Source: Octopus bimaculoides (lineage: Eukaryota). From it: a stretch of DNA of 44,143 nucleotides. Of the stretch, positions 1 through 11,928 are shown in pieces. Under the pieces are notes generated by a model that made no database searches, was not told the DNA's origin, and saw nothing but the letters and a program-made list of their open reading frames with translations. Position 1 is the first letter of the stretch. The number at the start of each line of letters is the position of its first letter. The stretch covers positions 20,802,003 through 20,846,145 of the forward strand of contig NC_069004.1 of assembly GCF_001194135.2 (NCBI RefSeq), in the 5' to 3' direction. The position numbers and the translations under genes are program-made.

Positions 1-44
1 CATGGAAAGCGGACGTTAAACGATGATGATGATGATGATGATAT
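1..44 (+). mobile_element. 3' end and (GAT)n tail of an RTE-clade LINE
   Basis: catggaaagcggacgttaaacgatgatgat matches the 3' end of the RTE copies at 22437-22480 and, reversed, 27058-27090. Confidence 0.75.
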
Positions 45-686
45 ATCGTGAAGTATATTTGGTACCTAAATGTGGCTGACCCATATGGGACGAGGCTATT
101 GCAGTTTATAACCCCAGGAAGACATCTTCTCCAGCTGGCTAATGACACACTGTCTGTGCCCTAACAGTATTTGCAAAGGGAAATCATCGTTCCCATCTCT
201 AGCCTCATGTGATACACATGGACCCAGGTTTCTGGGTAGTGACTCATCTTCAGTACATGACAATCACCGGCTAGGGATGAGAAGTGATATCTCCAATGCA
301 AATATATATGCTTTTCCAGTGACAAAAAGTTGCTTATCTTGAAAAAGAAGAAACAAGCAATAATAAATCTCTGAACGAGATATAAACAGTAGCAGCACGA
401 CATCGTGAAGTATATTTGCCACTTAAATGTGGCTGACCTATATGGGACGATGCTACTGTAGTTTATAGCCCGAAGAAGACACCTCTTTTATAAACTACAG
501 TAGCATCATTCCATATGGGTCAGCCACATTTAAATGGCAAATATACTTCATGATGTCATGCTGCTAGTGCCTATATCTCGCTCAGAGTTTATTATTGCTT
601 GTTTCTCCTTTTTCGAGATCAGCAACTTTTTGTCAATGGAAGAAGCATATATATTTGCATTGGCGATATCACTTCTCATCCTTAGC
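45..686 (-). mobile_element. Non-coding Penelope-pLTR/retrozyme-like element with 357-bp period and an inverted terminal copy
   Basis: Direct repeat 45-127 ~ 402-484 (offset 357). Inverted arms 270-467 / 489-686. Hammerhead motif inside. No credible ORF. Confidence 0.6.
215..259 (-). ncRNA. Minimal type I hammerhead ribozyme
   Basis: Minus strand reads CAUGUA-CUGAAGA-UGAGU-cacu-ACCCA-GAAA-CC-ug-GG-UC/CAUGUG. It has intact CUGANGA and GAAA cores, a GUC triplet, stem II 4/5 paired and stem I 5/6 paired counting G-U. Confidence 0.7.
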
Positions 687-989
687 TGCAGATGTGAGTT
701 TGTTTTGCTCCTTCGTTTTGCTCTAATGTTATACTTTAAAAGTTTTTTTGTTATATCATTATTGCGTTGAATTACCTTGGTCATTTTGGTAAGGGCAATT
801 TTTGCCCTGCGGGGCAGAAAATACCATTATTGTTCAACTACAGATGTGATTTTTATAGGGTTAAAAAAAAAAAAAAATTATAGACTAATAATTTTTGTGA
901 AAGACATTTTTGGCAAAAAATGGTTTTTGTTACTAGTAGGAATGTTTTGAAAATTTGGGCGTCCTTTTAAAGAAGCTTTTGTATTAATA

Positions 990-2330
990 ATGGAATTTGA
1001 CTTAGAGTCAATTCTCGATTTCCCAGAGATGGAAATGGCTACAGAAAATGTAAATCAAAGTACCAAACAGGTTCAGAAGGAAAAAAACTAGTTTTTCGGC
1101 TGCTGTTGGTGGCAACATGGTAAATTTGAGCATGTCCATGGTGGAACTGTTCGAGTATCGTAATATGATTAAGAAAACAAGGAATGACACCAAGTTACTC
1201 CCTCCCCAAGAAACACTACAAAATATAGCTGCCAAGACTGTGGTCTGTAAGACGTACAGTCTGAAAGAAAAGAGAAAATGTCGGTGAAAAGCAAACTAAT
1301 TGAAACAGAATTAAATTTGGAACAGAATTAAATATATTGCACGAGGGATGAAAAGTGCTACAGTGGAGGCACAATTAGCTGACGAAAGTACAAATAAAGA
1401 ACTGTCTACACTGACACTGAAAAATGAAGAGATAATTCTCCTGCTAACTTATTTAGGCAGGAGAATGGCAAAAATTAAAGTGGAGGAAATTCCAGCTGGG
1501 TTGGACGTTTTATGGATTGCAGCAGCCATTTTATATGACATGGAAGAGAAAATGTCCATTCTGCAAATGCAGAAAAAGTAGGCCAAAAATTGGAAAGGCC
1601 AGTAGCTTGAGATGGTGGTACATGTTAGCCCCAAAATTCTGGAAGGGCTTCCTGATAGAGTGTTCATAGGAGAGGGGCTGAGGGTGAGAGTGAGCATTGA
1701 GGGACGTAGGCTGCGCTGTTTTAAATGCAGTGAAAAAGGCTACATCCACTCAGGCTGTCAAGATCAAAAGGAGGGCCCTCCTCAACAAAAGTCCAAAGAA
1801 ACAACAGAAAAAGAAAAACAAACAGAAAAACAACCAAAAAGTGCCCAAGGAAAACAAAACAAGGCAATAAACACCTTACACAGAAGAATAAACAGAATTC
1901 ACCTCAGTGAAATCACAAAAAAGAAAAAAGGCCTCAGTCTCAGACTCTCCTCCCCGTACAAAAACACCAAAAGTAACCGCAGACACACAAGAAAAAAACT
2001 CCCCGCACCATCCCCCAGTTAAAACCCTTCCCCAAACCCCAACCCAAAGTACAATATAAAATAGTAGCTTTTAAAGAAAGTAACAAAGCATGTCACATTA
2101 TACATGCACACCACAAAGCACAAGTGTACAAAGCAAATCAAGACTTGCCACCTCACATTCGGATGGCTAAAATGGAGGTGAGTTTATTTAATGAACTTTT
2201 GACATGAGCTCAGAAATGGCCAGCAGGAACTTCATCATGAGTCCAGCGGCTACACCAAAAAAGAAGGAGGCTGGCGGGGAAGCTGAATTCGTTCGGCCTC
2301 TCCCCAGAATCAAAATGTAAGTACCAATTT
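990..2330 (+). pseudogene. ORF1 (gag-like) of a Tx1/L1-like LINE, disrupted
   Basis: Degenerate zinc knuckle CFKCSEKGYIHSGC (CX2CX4HX4C-like) followed by a K/Q/E-rich tail, directly upstream of ORF2. Contains stops and frameshifts. Confidence 0.7.
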
Positions 2331-2332
2331 CT

Positions 2333-4622
2333 ATGGAATTTAAGTTAGGGTGCATAAGTGTGTGTGGCCTGGGGTCGAAATGGAAGCAAACTTGTCTCCT
2401 GGGCGACCTTAGGTCACTAGAAATTGATATCTGTGTTGTGACTGAGTCCAAGCTGAGTGGGCCACAAGCATTCACGCTCCTTCTAAATGGCTGCAAGAAG
2501 TTTATTTCTCCTAGTCGACGGGGGTGGGGGGTGGTGGCATGGTGGGCGATTCAGGAAAAACTTGGACGTGCAAGTAAGTGCAGTCTTTCTAGACCCGGAA
2601 GGTAGGTTGGTCGTTCTGGATGTGACATACGCAAGTAAACAGTCCTTCAGGTTGGTAGCTGTCTATTCTCCAAATAAGTAGGCAGGCTGTTTTTTACCAG
2701 GACCTGGAGAGTTTCTTAGTGACATCTAAAAGTCTAATTGTATTAGGAGACTTTAACACTATTCTTGATGCATGGGTGGATAGTGTTGGCTCAGCTGATA
2801 GAAGGGGAAATCCTGACCTCAAAAGGCTACTAGAGAGCTATAATCTAGTAGACCAGTACAGACTGGATGAACCGCTCATTCTACAGTGGACATGGTCTAA
2901 TAATGACAGCTCATACTGATCTTGTGTAGATAGGATTATTGTTAGCGATAGAGATAGGGATACTGTTAGTTGTCCATGCTGCTGTTGTGTCCCCTATACA
3001 AATCACAAGTTTGTGACATGTGCAGTGTACCTAGGTAAGTGTCATAGACAGGGACCTGGGTACTGGAAGATGAACAAGTCTATATTGACTTGTAAAACCT
3101 TCTGTGCTCTGGTTAAGGATTTAGTGCAGAGGGCATTAACAGGTGCCATTATAAAATAATAGGTGGTGGTTGCCCTCAAATGAGCCATTCATTCTGAGTC
3201 CATCAGATTTAGCAAGCAGTTAAGTCTAGATAAGACCAGAATAGAAGAGACGTTAACTAAGGAACTAGATGAGGCCATGGAGTCTGGTTCTACATCTAGA
3301 GTGTTGACTGCGAGAGAGGTTTTGTAACATCATCTCAAAGCCAAACATGAAGGATGCTGGGTCAGAACCAAACTTCGTGCAGTGGGAAGAGAAGGTATTA
3401 ACGTTGCCGGTTGGGCACGTCATGTGGAGAGTCAGAGAGGCAGAGAAACCTCTATTAAGTCTTTAATAGATGAACAGGGGCGTTTGATAGACAGACAAGA
3501 GGAGATGTGAAAGTCTTCTCACCAGCATTTTGCTCGGTTGTTTGGGAAGAGCGACTAGCTGGACCATGGGGAGCCCCTAAGGGACTTCCTCGCCACTGGG
3601 CTGCAACTCTCGGCATGAGAGGTGGAATTCTGTAAAGGGCTGGTTATGGCCACGGAGGTTGAAGATGTGCTGGCTGAGTGCACCAGGGCTGGATGGTCTA
3701 CCCTATGAATTTTATTGTAGTATGCCGGACTTGTTAGGGCACTTGCTGGCCTGCTTCTACACGAACTGGCAGCAGAATGGGAAGATTCTCAGCTCTGTGA
3801 GTCAGGGAGTGGTGACACTGATCAGAAAAGACCCGAGCAAGGGGGATCACATCAGTAATTTTAGGCCCATAATTCTACTTAATGTAGGGTTAAAGATTTT
3901 GGCCAAGGTACTAGCTAAGAGGTTGGCACATGTCATGGAGAAACTTGTCAGGAAGGCGCAGACATGTGCCATCCCAAGCAGGTTGATCCAGGACAATCTC
4001 CATCTCCTGCACTACACCTTAGACAGGGTGGGTAAGTTATCCTGTAAAGGTGGGAGCACTGGTCCATTTAGACCAAAGTAAAGCTTTTGATAGGGTGCAC
4101 CACCAGTACCTTGGTGGCAGTCTTTGAAGCGGCTGGGCTGGGCCCAGACTTCCATGGCTGGATCTTTGCCATTTGCAGTGGCATCGAATCTACAGTTCAG
4201 ATAAACAGTTACTTGCCGGTGCCGTTTAAGATTGAGCACTCTATTCATCAGGGGTGCCCCCTCTCACTGCTTCTGTATGTACTGGTTCTGGAGCCATTGC
4301 TGTGGAGGTTGGAGAATTTGGGAGGCATCCCCAATGAACTGGGATGCGGTAAGTGTATTTCTGCTTACGTGGATGACGTCACCATCACTGTAACTGATGA
4401 AACTCAGCTACCTTGTGTAGAGGATGCAATCAAAGGTTACGAGGCGGTGGCAGGGGTGAAAATTAACAAGGACAAGTCCGTCGGCTTGTAGCTCTGTACC
4501 TGGAGTGGCAAGATGATAGATACTGTCCAATGTCGTGGGACATTCGAGAGAAGGTCCTGTTAAGTTACTTGGAGTCTGGTTTGGACTGAACTCCCAAACA
4601 GAAAAGAATTGGAGTGAGGTGG
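2333..4622 (+). pseudogene. ORF2 (APE endonuclease + reverse transcriptase) of a Tx1/L1-like LINE, frameshifted and 3'-truncated
   Basis: APE motifs DICVVTESK, LVAVYSPN, IVLGDFN. RT motifs APGLDGLPYEFY, NFRPIILLN, KAFDRV (off-frame), IHQGCPLS, AYVDD, KLLGVWFG. Confidence 0.92.
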
Positions 4623-5480
4623 CAGAATGTAATAGATCTCGCTAGTGCAGACACCTGATTGGTAGGTTATCAGGTGGTTGCCTGGCTTCCTGAAGTTGAT
4701 GTTGCAGATCAGAAGGTTATTTGCATCACAGAACTCCAGTAGCCTTGTTCCTTCTTCATTTTGGGAGCCAATTGCATGGTCCCTATGCACGCCATGGAAA
4801 ATATCAGGCTGCTGTCCGATATGCCCATTGAACTCCCCAGCCACGGAAAGGAGATCATTATCACTCGTCTTTGAGGTAGCCTGCAGAAGAATATGATAAA
4901 AATGCTCCTTCTGTTCATTTGGTAGGCTCACTTGAGGGGGATAAGCAGAGATAATTGTCACTGTACTATTCTGTAAGACTAGCATAAGCTTAAGCACTCT
5001 ATCGTACACTCTGACTACCTCTATGACCTTATCCACCCATTTCTCAGCAAGGAGTATGCCCATGCCACCTACCCCATCACTGTTACCTTCCCAGAAGATT
5101 TTATACCTATATCTCTTGCTTGTGAGGAACCTGGCTGAAGCTCCTTTCCACCTTACCTCTTGGACATACATCAACATACATTAATACGTCTCTATTCAAG
5201 TATCTCAACAATCTCACTAGATCTACCTTTCAATGTGTCTACTTTGCTTGTGCCAATCCTGAAAACTGGGAAAGGGACGTAAGAGGGAACATGGGAAGGA
5301 GTGATGTTATTCAGCACCTGAAAAGAAGGTTTCCATGATTGTTTGATAACAGCATCACATCATTTGTTCTCACTCTAACCTACCATCATTCAAGTATGTT
5401 AAGAATTGTTGCCCCTATTGGGGCGTGAGTGCAATGTAGGCATTATAAATATAAGTGCTGCGAGTGTTGTAAGTATAATA
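4622..5480 (-). mobile_element. RTE-clade LINE, 5' UTR + APE domain only
   Basis: VQEVRWKG, GILLAEKW, IISAYPPQ and GEFNGHIG in ORF 4560-5177. Homologous to 29800-30590. Confidence 0.88.
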
Positions 5481-5499
5481 GGATGATGATGATGATAAC

Positions 5500-6170
5500 T
5501 CAAGACTCAAAGCAGAGACTGAAAGATTTTTTTTAATTGCGACACATGATCAAGGCCTCCCCACCAGAAACCATCAGAAACACATAATGAAGAAAAATAC
5601 GACTAACTGCAGAATGTGTAGTAATAGAGAAGAAACAATAAATCATATTGTCTCTGGCTTCCCACTCTTGGCTAAGAAAGAATATATTCACAAACATGAC
5701 AGGGTTGGGACCCATATATGCTGGAAGCTATACCAGCACAGTGGAATGACACCAGAAAAAAGATGGTGTATGCATACCCAGAAAAGGTCTTAGAAAATTA
5801 CAAGGCAGCCATACTCTGGGATATGCTGCTAAAATACAGAGAGATCAAGGCTAATAGACAGGATATAGTTGTCAGAGATATCCAAGAAAAAGTTCCTTCT
5901 AATCAACATATCAATCTCAACAGGTAACAATGTCTCTAAAAGAAATGAAGAACCTCTCAGAATACAATGATATAGAAACAGAGATAATCTGAATGTGGAA
6001 CCTAAAAACAGAAACACGACCTATAATAATAGGTGCATTAAGTATCATTAAAAACATACAGATAAATACACAACTAAAACACCAGAACTTGTGAATATAT
6101 ATAACATACAGAAAATAGCACTACTAGGCACTGTACACATCCTGCATAAAACACTTTCAATACAGTGAAA
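5500..6170 (+). mobile_element. R4/Dong-like (restriction-like endonuclease) LINE 3' fragment
   Basis: Zinc knuckle CRMC..ETINHIVSG..HDRV, ILWD, N-x-x-DIVV, PIIIGAL and IQKIALLGT across frames. Confidence 0.8.
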
Positions 6171-6284
6171 ATGATAAACCAAAACACACCACAACACATA
6201 CCCGTGGCACATAGAGCTGCACTCGGTAGTGCAGTGAAAGCACTAATGATAACAACAACGACAACAATAATAATAATATTGGCA

Positions 6285-6800
6285 ACACAAGACCAAAGCT
6301 TTCTTACCAAAAATTACCAGGCTAACATTCTTCAAAACAGTTCTGACTCTAAGTGCAGATTCTGCAACACATTTGACAAAACAGTAGACCATTTCGTATC
6401 AAGATGTCCTGTACTGACACCAAACAACTACAAAATCACCACAATAGGGCAGGACAGTATTTACATTGGAAAATATGTAAACACTACAAAATTGGCATTT
6501 CTGCTTACTGGTATGAACATCATCTTGAGCCAGTTGTTGAAGATAAAAATGTCACTATCCTCTGAGATTTTCCAGTCAACACTGACAGAATGATTCAGAT
6601 TAATTGACCAAATATAGTCGTTAAAGACAGGCAAGAAAATATTTGTAGACTAATAGATGTAAGTGTTTCCACTGATAAAAATACATCTGTAAAGGAATTT
6701 GACAAATTAAGTAAATATGAGGACCTGGAAATTGAAATACAAAAGATGTGATATCTTAACGTGAGAACTGTTCCTGTTAATGTAGGTGCCCTAGGTATAG
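6285..6800 (+). mobile_element. Second R4/Dong-like LINE 3' fragment
   Basis: QDQSFLTKNY, CRFCNTFDKTVDHFVSRCP, LIDVSV, DLEIEIQKM and VPVNVGALG. Confidence 0.8.
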
Positions 6801-6960
6801 TTTCAAGTTTTGGCACAAAGTCAGCAATTTTAGGGGAGGGGTAAGTCAATTACATTTACCATAGTGCTCAACTGGTACTTATTTTATCAACTGCAAAAAG
6901 ATGAAATGCTAAGTATTTTGCCCAGTGTGCTAACGATTCTATCAACTCTACACACTGCTG
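6800..6960 (-). mobile_element. SINE of the (ATT)n-associated family, internally deleted
   Basis: Similar to the copies at 8700-8920 and 12566-12776. Confidence 0.6.
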
Positions 6961-7009
6961 CTGCTGCTACTACTACTACTACTACTAATAATAATAATAT
7001 TTTCTATGA

Positions 7010-7125
7010 TAAAAAGGGATGGCAGAAACATCGAGATAACATCCCAGGAGAACCATGTCTCAGAAATCCAAAAGATTGTACTGACAAGTACTGCTCACAT
7101 CCTTAGAAAAACCCTAGCAATTTAA
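7010..7125 (+). mobile_element. Small R4/Dong-like 3' terminal fragment
   Basis: atccaaaagattgtactgacaagtactgctcacatccttagaaaa encodes IQKIVLTSTAHILRK, the same terminal motif as at 6105-6150. Confidence 0.6.
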
Positions 7126-7320
7126 ATGTGTTGTATTATATGAAGATATTTCACTCTAATGATAATAATATGATATATAATTATTAGTGGTAATGAATGG
7201 GGAAAAATTGCATCAGGTGTAGAAGTGTAACACCTATTTCTAATCATTGATGTAGAAACTCTGTGTGTGTATGTGTTTATATTTATGTTTGCATGTATAT
7301 TTATTTACTTCATTTTGCAG

Positions 7321-7417
7321 GCAAATTCTTTGGAACCTGGTTTAAAGTTTCTTCCAATATTTTATGCCTCAACAATTGCTGTCAATCTTTTTTCTATCTT
7401 CTTTGAAGGATCTGAAT
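7321..7417 (+). CDS. SLC20A1: SLC20 (PiT) Na+/phosphate cotransporter, internal exon (97 bp, phase 0-1)
   Basis: ttttgcag|GCA...GAAT|gtaagt. Encodes ANSLEPGLKFLPIFYASTIAVNLFSIFFEGSE, which resembles PiT1 [32 protein letters not shown]. Not in the ORF track. The symbol is family-level; SLC20A1 vs A2 cannot be resolved. Confidence 0.92.
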
Positions 7418-8697
7418 GTAAGTCCTTAAAACCTTTATATTAGCTGTTTATATTTGTGTATATCTAAGATATGTAACTAGATACATTATGTATTTAGCCT
7501 AATGCTGTACTTGCTGAAGCTGAAACAAGTAAAAGACAAACGATAAAAAATTGTAATGATAAGATATTTCTGTATGTGTGTCACCAGTGTGATTTGGTTG
7601 AGTTGATGTCAGTGGAAGAAACACAAATTCCATTGAGATCTTAATACAAAAGTATCTATTTTTAATTGCTTACACCTTAACATTGTCACTACTAAAAACA
7701 ATAGAACAAGTATTTACACAGCAATAACAGTTTGTCAGTGAGATAGGGAGACAAATGGTTTGTCTAGTAGCATGACAGTATAGTCTACTGGAATGATTTG
7801 GTTGATTCTTGCAGCTTGGTAGTGCTGTTACTGTCATTGTTAACCAATTCTTGACTGCTATGGATACTGCTTTTCTCTACCCTTTTCTACCCTGCTCTTC
7901 TGTGCTCTGTTCATTAGCAGCAAGAGAAAGTTCTATTTGTAGTGTGTCTGTTCAAGAAAAAGAGACATGAAAAAAACAACTTGCTAATAAGATCCTGTTT
8001 ATCAATGTACCAGTTGAACACTGGAGGTCAATGTAATCAACTTTGAAACTAATATTAACATTCAGTACTTGGCTAGTGCTGATTCTATTAACCTCTGCAG
8101 GATTTTATCAACCCAGAACATAGATGATACTGACAATATAATTTCTAACTGAGACACAAGGCTAGAAATATGGTTAGTTATATTAACCTCCTGTATTTGA
8201 CTGCCACTAATTTTATCAACACTTGAAAATGTCCATAAGATTTACATTCATTCTCAACATACATAAAATAGTGTTACTAGGCACTGCACCTCTGTTATGT
8301 AGACTACTAACAGGCAATACACATATGCATAATAATGCAGAAAATAAGCATTAGTAGGCACTGTACTTAGTATTAGGAAGGGCCCACAACCATAGAAACA
8401 CTGCCAAAATGGAACATAGTGGGATATGATCCTGTGACCTGTCAGACAGCAACTCTAAATAGGAACTGTCCCAGACCATGATGATCCATCCTATTCATCA
8501 ACATCATCATCATTTATTGTCTACTTTCCAATGCTTGTGTGGGTCAACTGGAATTTGTTGAGAGAAATTTTCCACTGCTGGGTACTTTGCTTGTTTTCTT
8601 ATTAACTTTGATCATTTCCAGCATGATTTCTAAGATATACATGACTCGTTTTGAAAAGAAATTGAATCCCTTGGTACACTTCTCAAACTGTGATTGA

Positions 8698-9090
8698 TAA
8701 TATTAATTTCAAATTTTGGCAGAAAGCCAGCAATTTCTGGAGGAGTAGTAAGTCAATTGTATCAACCCCAGTGCTCAATCGATACTTATTTTATTGACTC
8801 CCAAAGGATAAAAGGCAAAGTCAACTTTGGCAGAATTTGAACACAGAATGTAAAGATGGACAAAATATCACTGAGCATTTTGCCCGACACGCTAACAATT
8901 TTGCCACTTCGCTGCCTTAACAATAATAATAATAATAATAACAAAAATAATTATAATAATAATCCTTTTTACTATAGGCAGAAGACCTGAAATTTTTGGT
9001 GAGGGGGCTAGTTGATTACATCAACCCCATTACTCAACTGGTGCCTATTTCATCGACCCCATAAAGGATGAAAGGCAAAGTTGACCTTCA
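8698..9090 (-). mobile_element. Two (ATT)n-associated tRNA-type SINE copies separated by (AAT)n
   Basis: Repeated gaaaggcaaagtcaac / gaatttgaac core (reverse B-box), with an AAT tract at 8921-8952. Confidence 0.7.
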
Positions 9091-9099
9091 ATTATAATA

Positions 9100-9293
9100 C
9101 TCTTTACTCTTTTACTTGTTTCAGTCATTTGACTGCGGCCATGCTGGAACACTGCCTTTAGTCGAGCAAATCGACCCTGGGACTTATTCTTTGTAAGCCT
9201 AGTACTTATTCTATCGGTCTCTTTTGCCGAACCGCTAAGTGATGGGGACAGAAACACACCAGCATCGGTTGTCAAGCAATGCTAGGGGGACAA

Positions 9294-9332
<39 letters not shown>

Positions 9333-9502
9333 CATATATACGACGGGCTTCTCTCAGTTTCTGTCTACCAAATCCACCCACAAGGCTTTGGTCGGCCCGA
9401 GGCTATAGTAGAAGACACTTGCCCAAGATGCCACACAGTAGGACTGAACCCAGAACCATGTGGTTGGTAAGCAAGCTACTTACCACACAGCTACTCCTGT
9501 AC
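9100..9502 (-). mobile_element. tRNA-derived SINE with internal (CA)n(TA)n, apparently complete
   Basis: Minus head with A-box TAGCTGTGTGG and B-box GGTTCAGTCC. Homologous pieces at 14245-14395, 16130-16290, 21038-21310, 32090-32380 and 37845-38080. Confidence 0.8.
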
Positions 9503-10944
9503 CTAGTTTAATAATAATAATAGTGGTCTCAAATTTCGGCATGACGCTAGCAATTTTATGGGAAGGGGACACCTGTATTTTATGGTCTCCCTAAGAACAC
9601 CTGTATTGTATGGTCTCCCTAAAATGCACAAAAAGTTCAAAAGATTTCCTCTAATGAGCTCAATTTGCAGTGGATATGAATGTTGTACAGCCAAGATTTC
9701 ACAATGGCTGGATGGCTTTCTACTCCCTGTTGCAAAAAGATCAAGTTTCTATATTTGGGATACTTTTGGTTTTGTGTCTAATATCAACAATTTTTTTAAG
9801 CACCGAGGCTGTGTTTGGAACTGTTTTTGGTAACCATGGATGTTTCTTCCTTAAACGCCAATATTGACCACGATGAAGGGGTAGAAGCATGCATGGATGC
9901 CTTCAAAAAACGGTCAAACAGAAGTATTCCATCAAATTTTCTCTGTAGATTATTGAGGTTTGTGTTACAAAGTAACACATTGAAGTTTGGACAAAGATTT
10001 TACCACCAGAAGAGGGGTTGCACCATGGGTACCCCCATGGCAGTTAATTTCGCTAATCTCTTCATGATGAAATTCGAGATACAGTTACTGAAGACATTCA
10101 AATCCCTACATGGTCATGAACCAATACTCTGGTTACGGTTGATGTCTTTTTTGTTTGGGAAGGAATGCAGGATAGTTTAATTGATTTCTGTAACTGTTAC
10201 ACTAAGAACTATGGGTTTAAGTCCAACATAAAATATATGTCTAGTTTTTCAAAAACTAGCGCTGAATTTTTGGACACAAAAGATAGTTTTTTGGAGGCAG
10301 AATAGTGACAGAATTATTTTGCAAGCCCACATCATCCACATCATATTCGGTCAAATCTGAAATCCCAATTTTTGAGGATGAGATGGATTTGTACTGACAT
10401 AGGAGATTACTGGAAACATGCAAGTGCTTTTGTACATCATTATGTCAAACGCTGTTACAGTGAATCATGATTAAAGGAAATAGCAAATGAAATAGCTAAG
10501 ATTAGCAAAGATAGTCAAACCTTCACGTTTTAGTGAACACAATACAATAGATAACAAAGTTCCTTCAGTGATTAACTGGCACCGAAATTTCACTGGCATT
10601 TCAAAAGTGTTGCATGCAAGTTACTAGCATCTGGAGAAAAATATCCTCATTTCAAACAGATATTTCCTCAGCTGCCTATTGTAGCCTTTAGATGGAATAA
10701 GAATATAAGAGAATTACTGACCTCTATTTCTGACTCCAAGAAAACGAACATTGGAGTATCTGCAGGCTGTACCTTGAAAAACAGCTGCAAAAAAGGTAAG
10801 CCCTGTTCATTGTGCAACAACATGAGTCAAGTGAATTCCATCAAGAATCATAACATTTCTGTTATAGTTTATACAGAAGGTGGGACATGTAGAGATTCCC
10901 ATTTGGTGTACATGGCAGAATACACAAAACATAACTTGATTTAT

Positions 10945-11928
10945 AGTCTGATAGCTCTGCGTTGGCACAACTTGAAAAAATATGGAAAAAGTGAAAGGGA
11001 TACAGTGAACTTGCCGTGAGGAGTGGAATATCCAACGTTTTGGATTCAATCCTTCATCAGGGGGCAGAGAAAAAGAGAAGAAAAAGAGACAAAAAGTCAG
11101 AGTTTACATCCTCTCAGTTTGAAAAACTGGCTTCAACTGATAATGGATGCAGAATAACATGGGCTGCTAACGTGAAACAGAAATTATAGGAGAGGGTGTG
11201 TACAAAGGAGAAAAACAAGAGTGATGGAGAGAGTAGAGGTAAGTAAGTACGGGAATGTTACAGAGAGAGTGCGGAAGGAGGATTATGCTGAGATCCCCTT
11301 CAGTCATGACTGACCATGGGATTGCACCTAGAAAGTTACTCTCCCGGGCACAAGTCTGGACAAGGTTGTTTATGGAAGACCAGCAGTCGCCCATGCATAC
11401 CGGCCTCCCCTCTCTATGCCACCAGTGTTATCCAAGGGAAAGTCAAAAGCCAATACAGCTCGGCACCAGTGATGTCGCAACTCATTTTCACAGCTGAGTG
11501 AACTGGAGCAACGTGAAATAAAGTGTCTTGCTCAAGAACACAACATGCAACCCAGTCTGGGATTCGAACTCACAACCTCACGATCATAAGCTCAATGCTC
11601 TAACCACTGAGCCATGCACCTTCACGGAAGGAGGATTAAAAAGGGTAAAAAAGAATTAAGAGAAGGTGAAAGGAAAAACGTTCATTCATACTTGTTGGGG
11701 ACATAGTGCCAAGATCAAATATGAGACATTGCTCCTTTCGTTTCCTAGAGAAGGTGGGGATCGTGGTGCAAGGCCATACCATACACTGATAAATCTGCAA
11801 CGGAATGATTCACAGTGTTGAAGTGGGTGATGACGGGTTGGCTTGGCATACGAAGGATTGAATCCAAAACGTTGGATATTCTACTCCTTATGGCAAGTTC
11901 ACTGTATCCCTTTCACTTTTTTCCATAC
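10945..11928 (-). mobile_element. Second Penelope 3' fragment nested in the first, with inverted termini and a 12-bp TSD
   Basis: TSD aacttgatttat at 10933-10944 and 11929-11940. Inverted repeats 10981-11055 / 11852-11927. Minus strand 11850-11670 encodes a GIY-YIG C-terminus (SQPVITHFN..SVYG..KEQCLIFDLGTMSP.SMNERFSF, with a frameshift). Confidence 0.8.
11284..11620 (-). mobile_element. tRNA-derived SINE nested in the inner Penelope
   Basis: Minus strand GGTGCATGGCTCAGTGG (A-box) and GAGTTCGAATCC (B-box), then the tgtgttcttgagcaagacact core. A related copy lies at 19490-19680. Confidence 0.8.

Noticed and set aside
11560-11620. tRNA-like sequence (also 16820-16882)
   Set aside because: SINE heads with A/B boxes running into SINE bodies; no complete acceptor stem.
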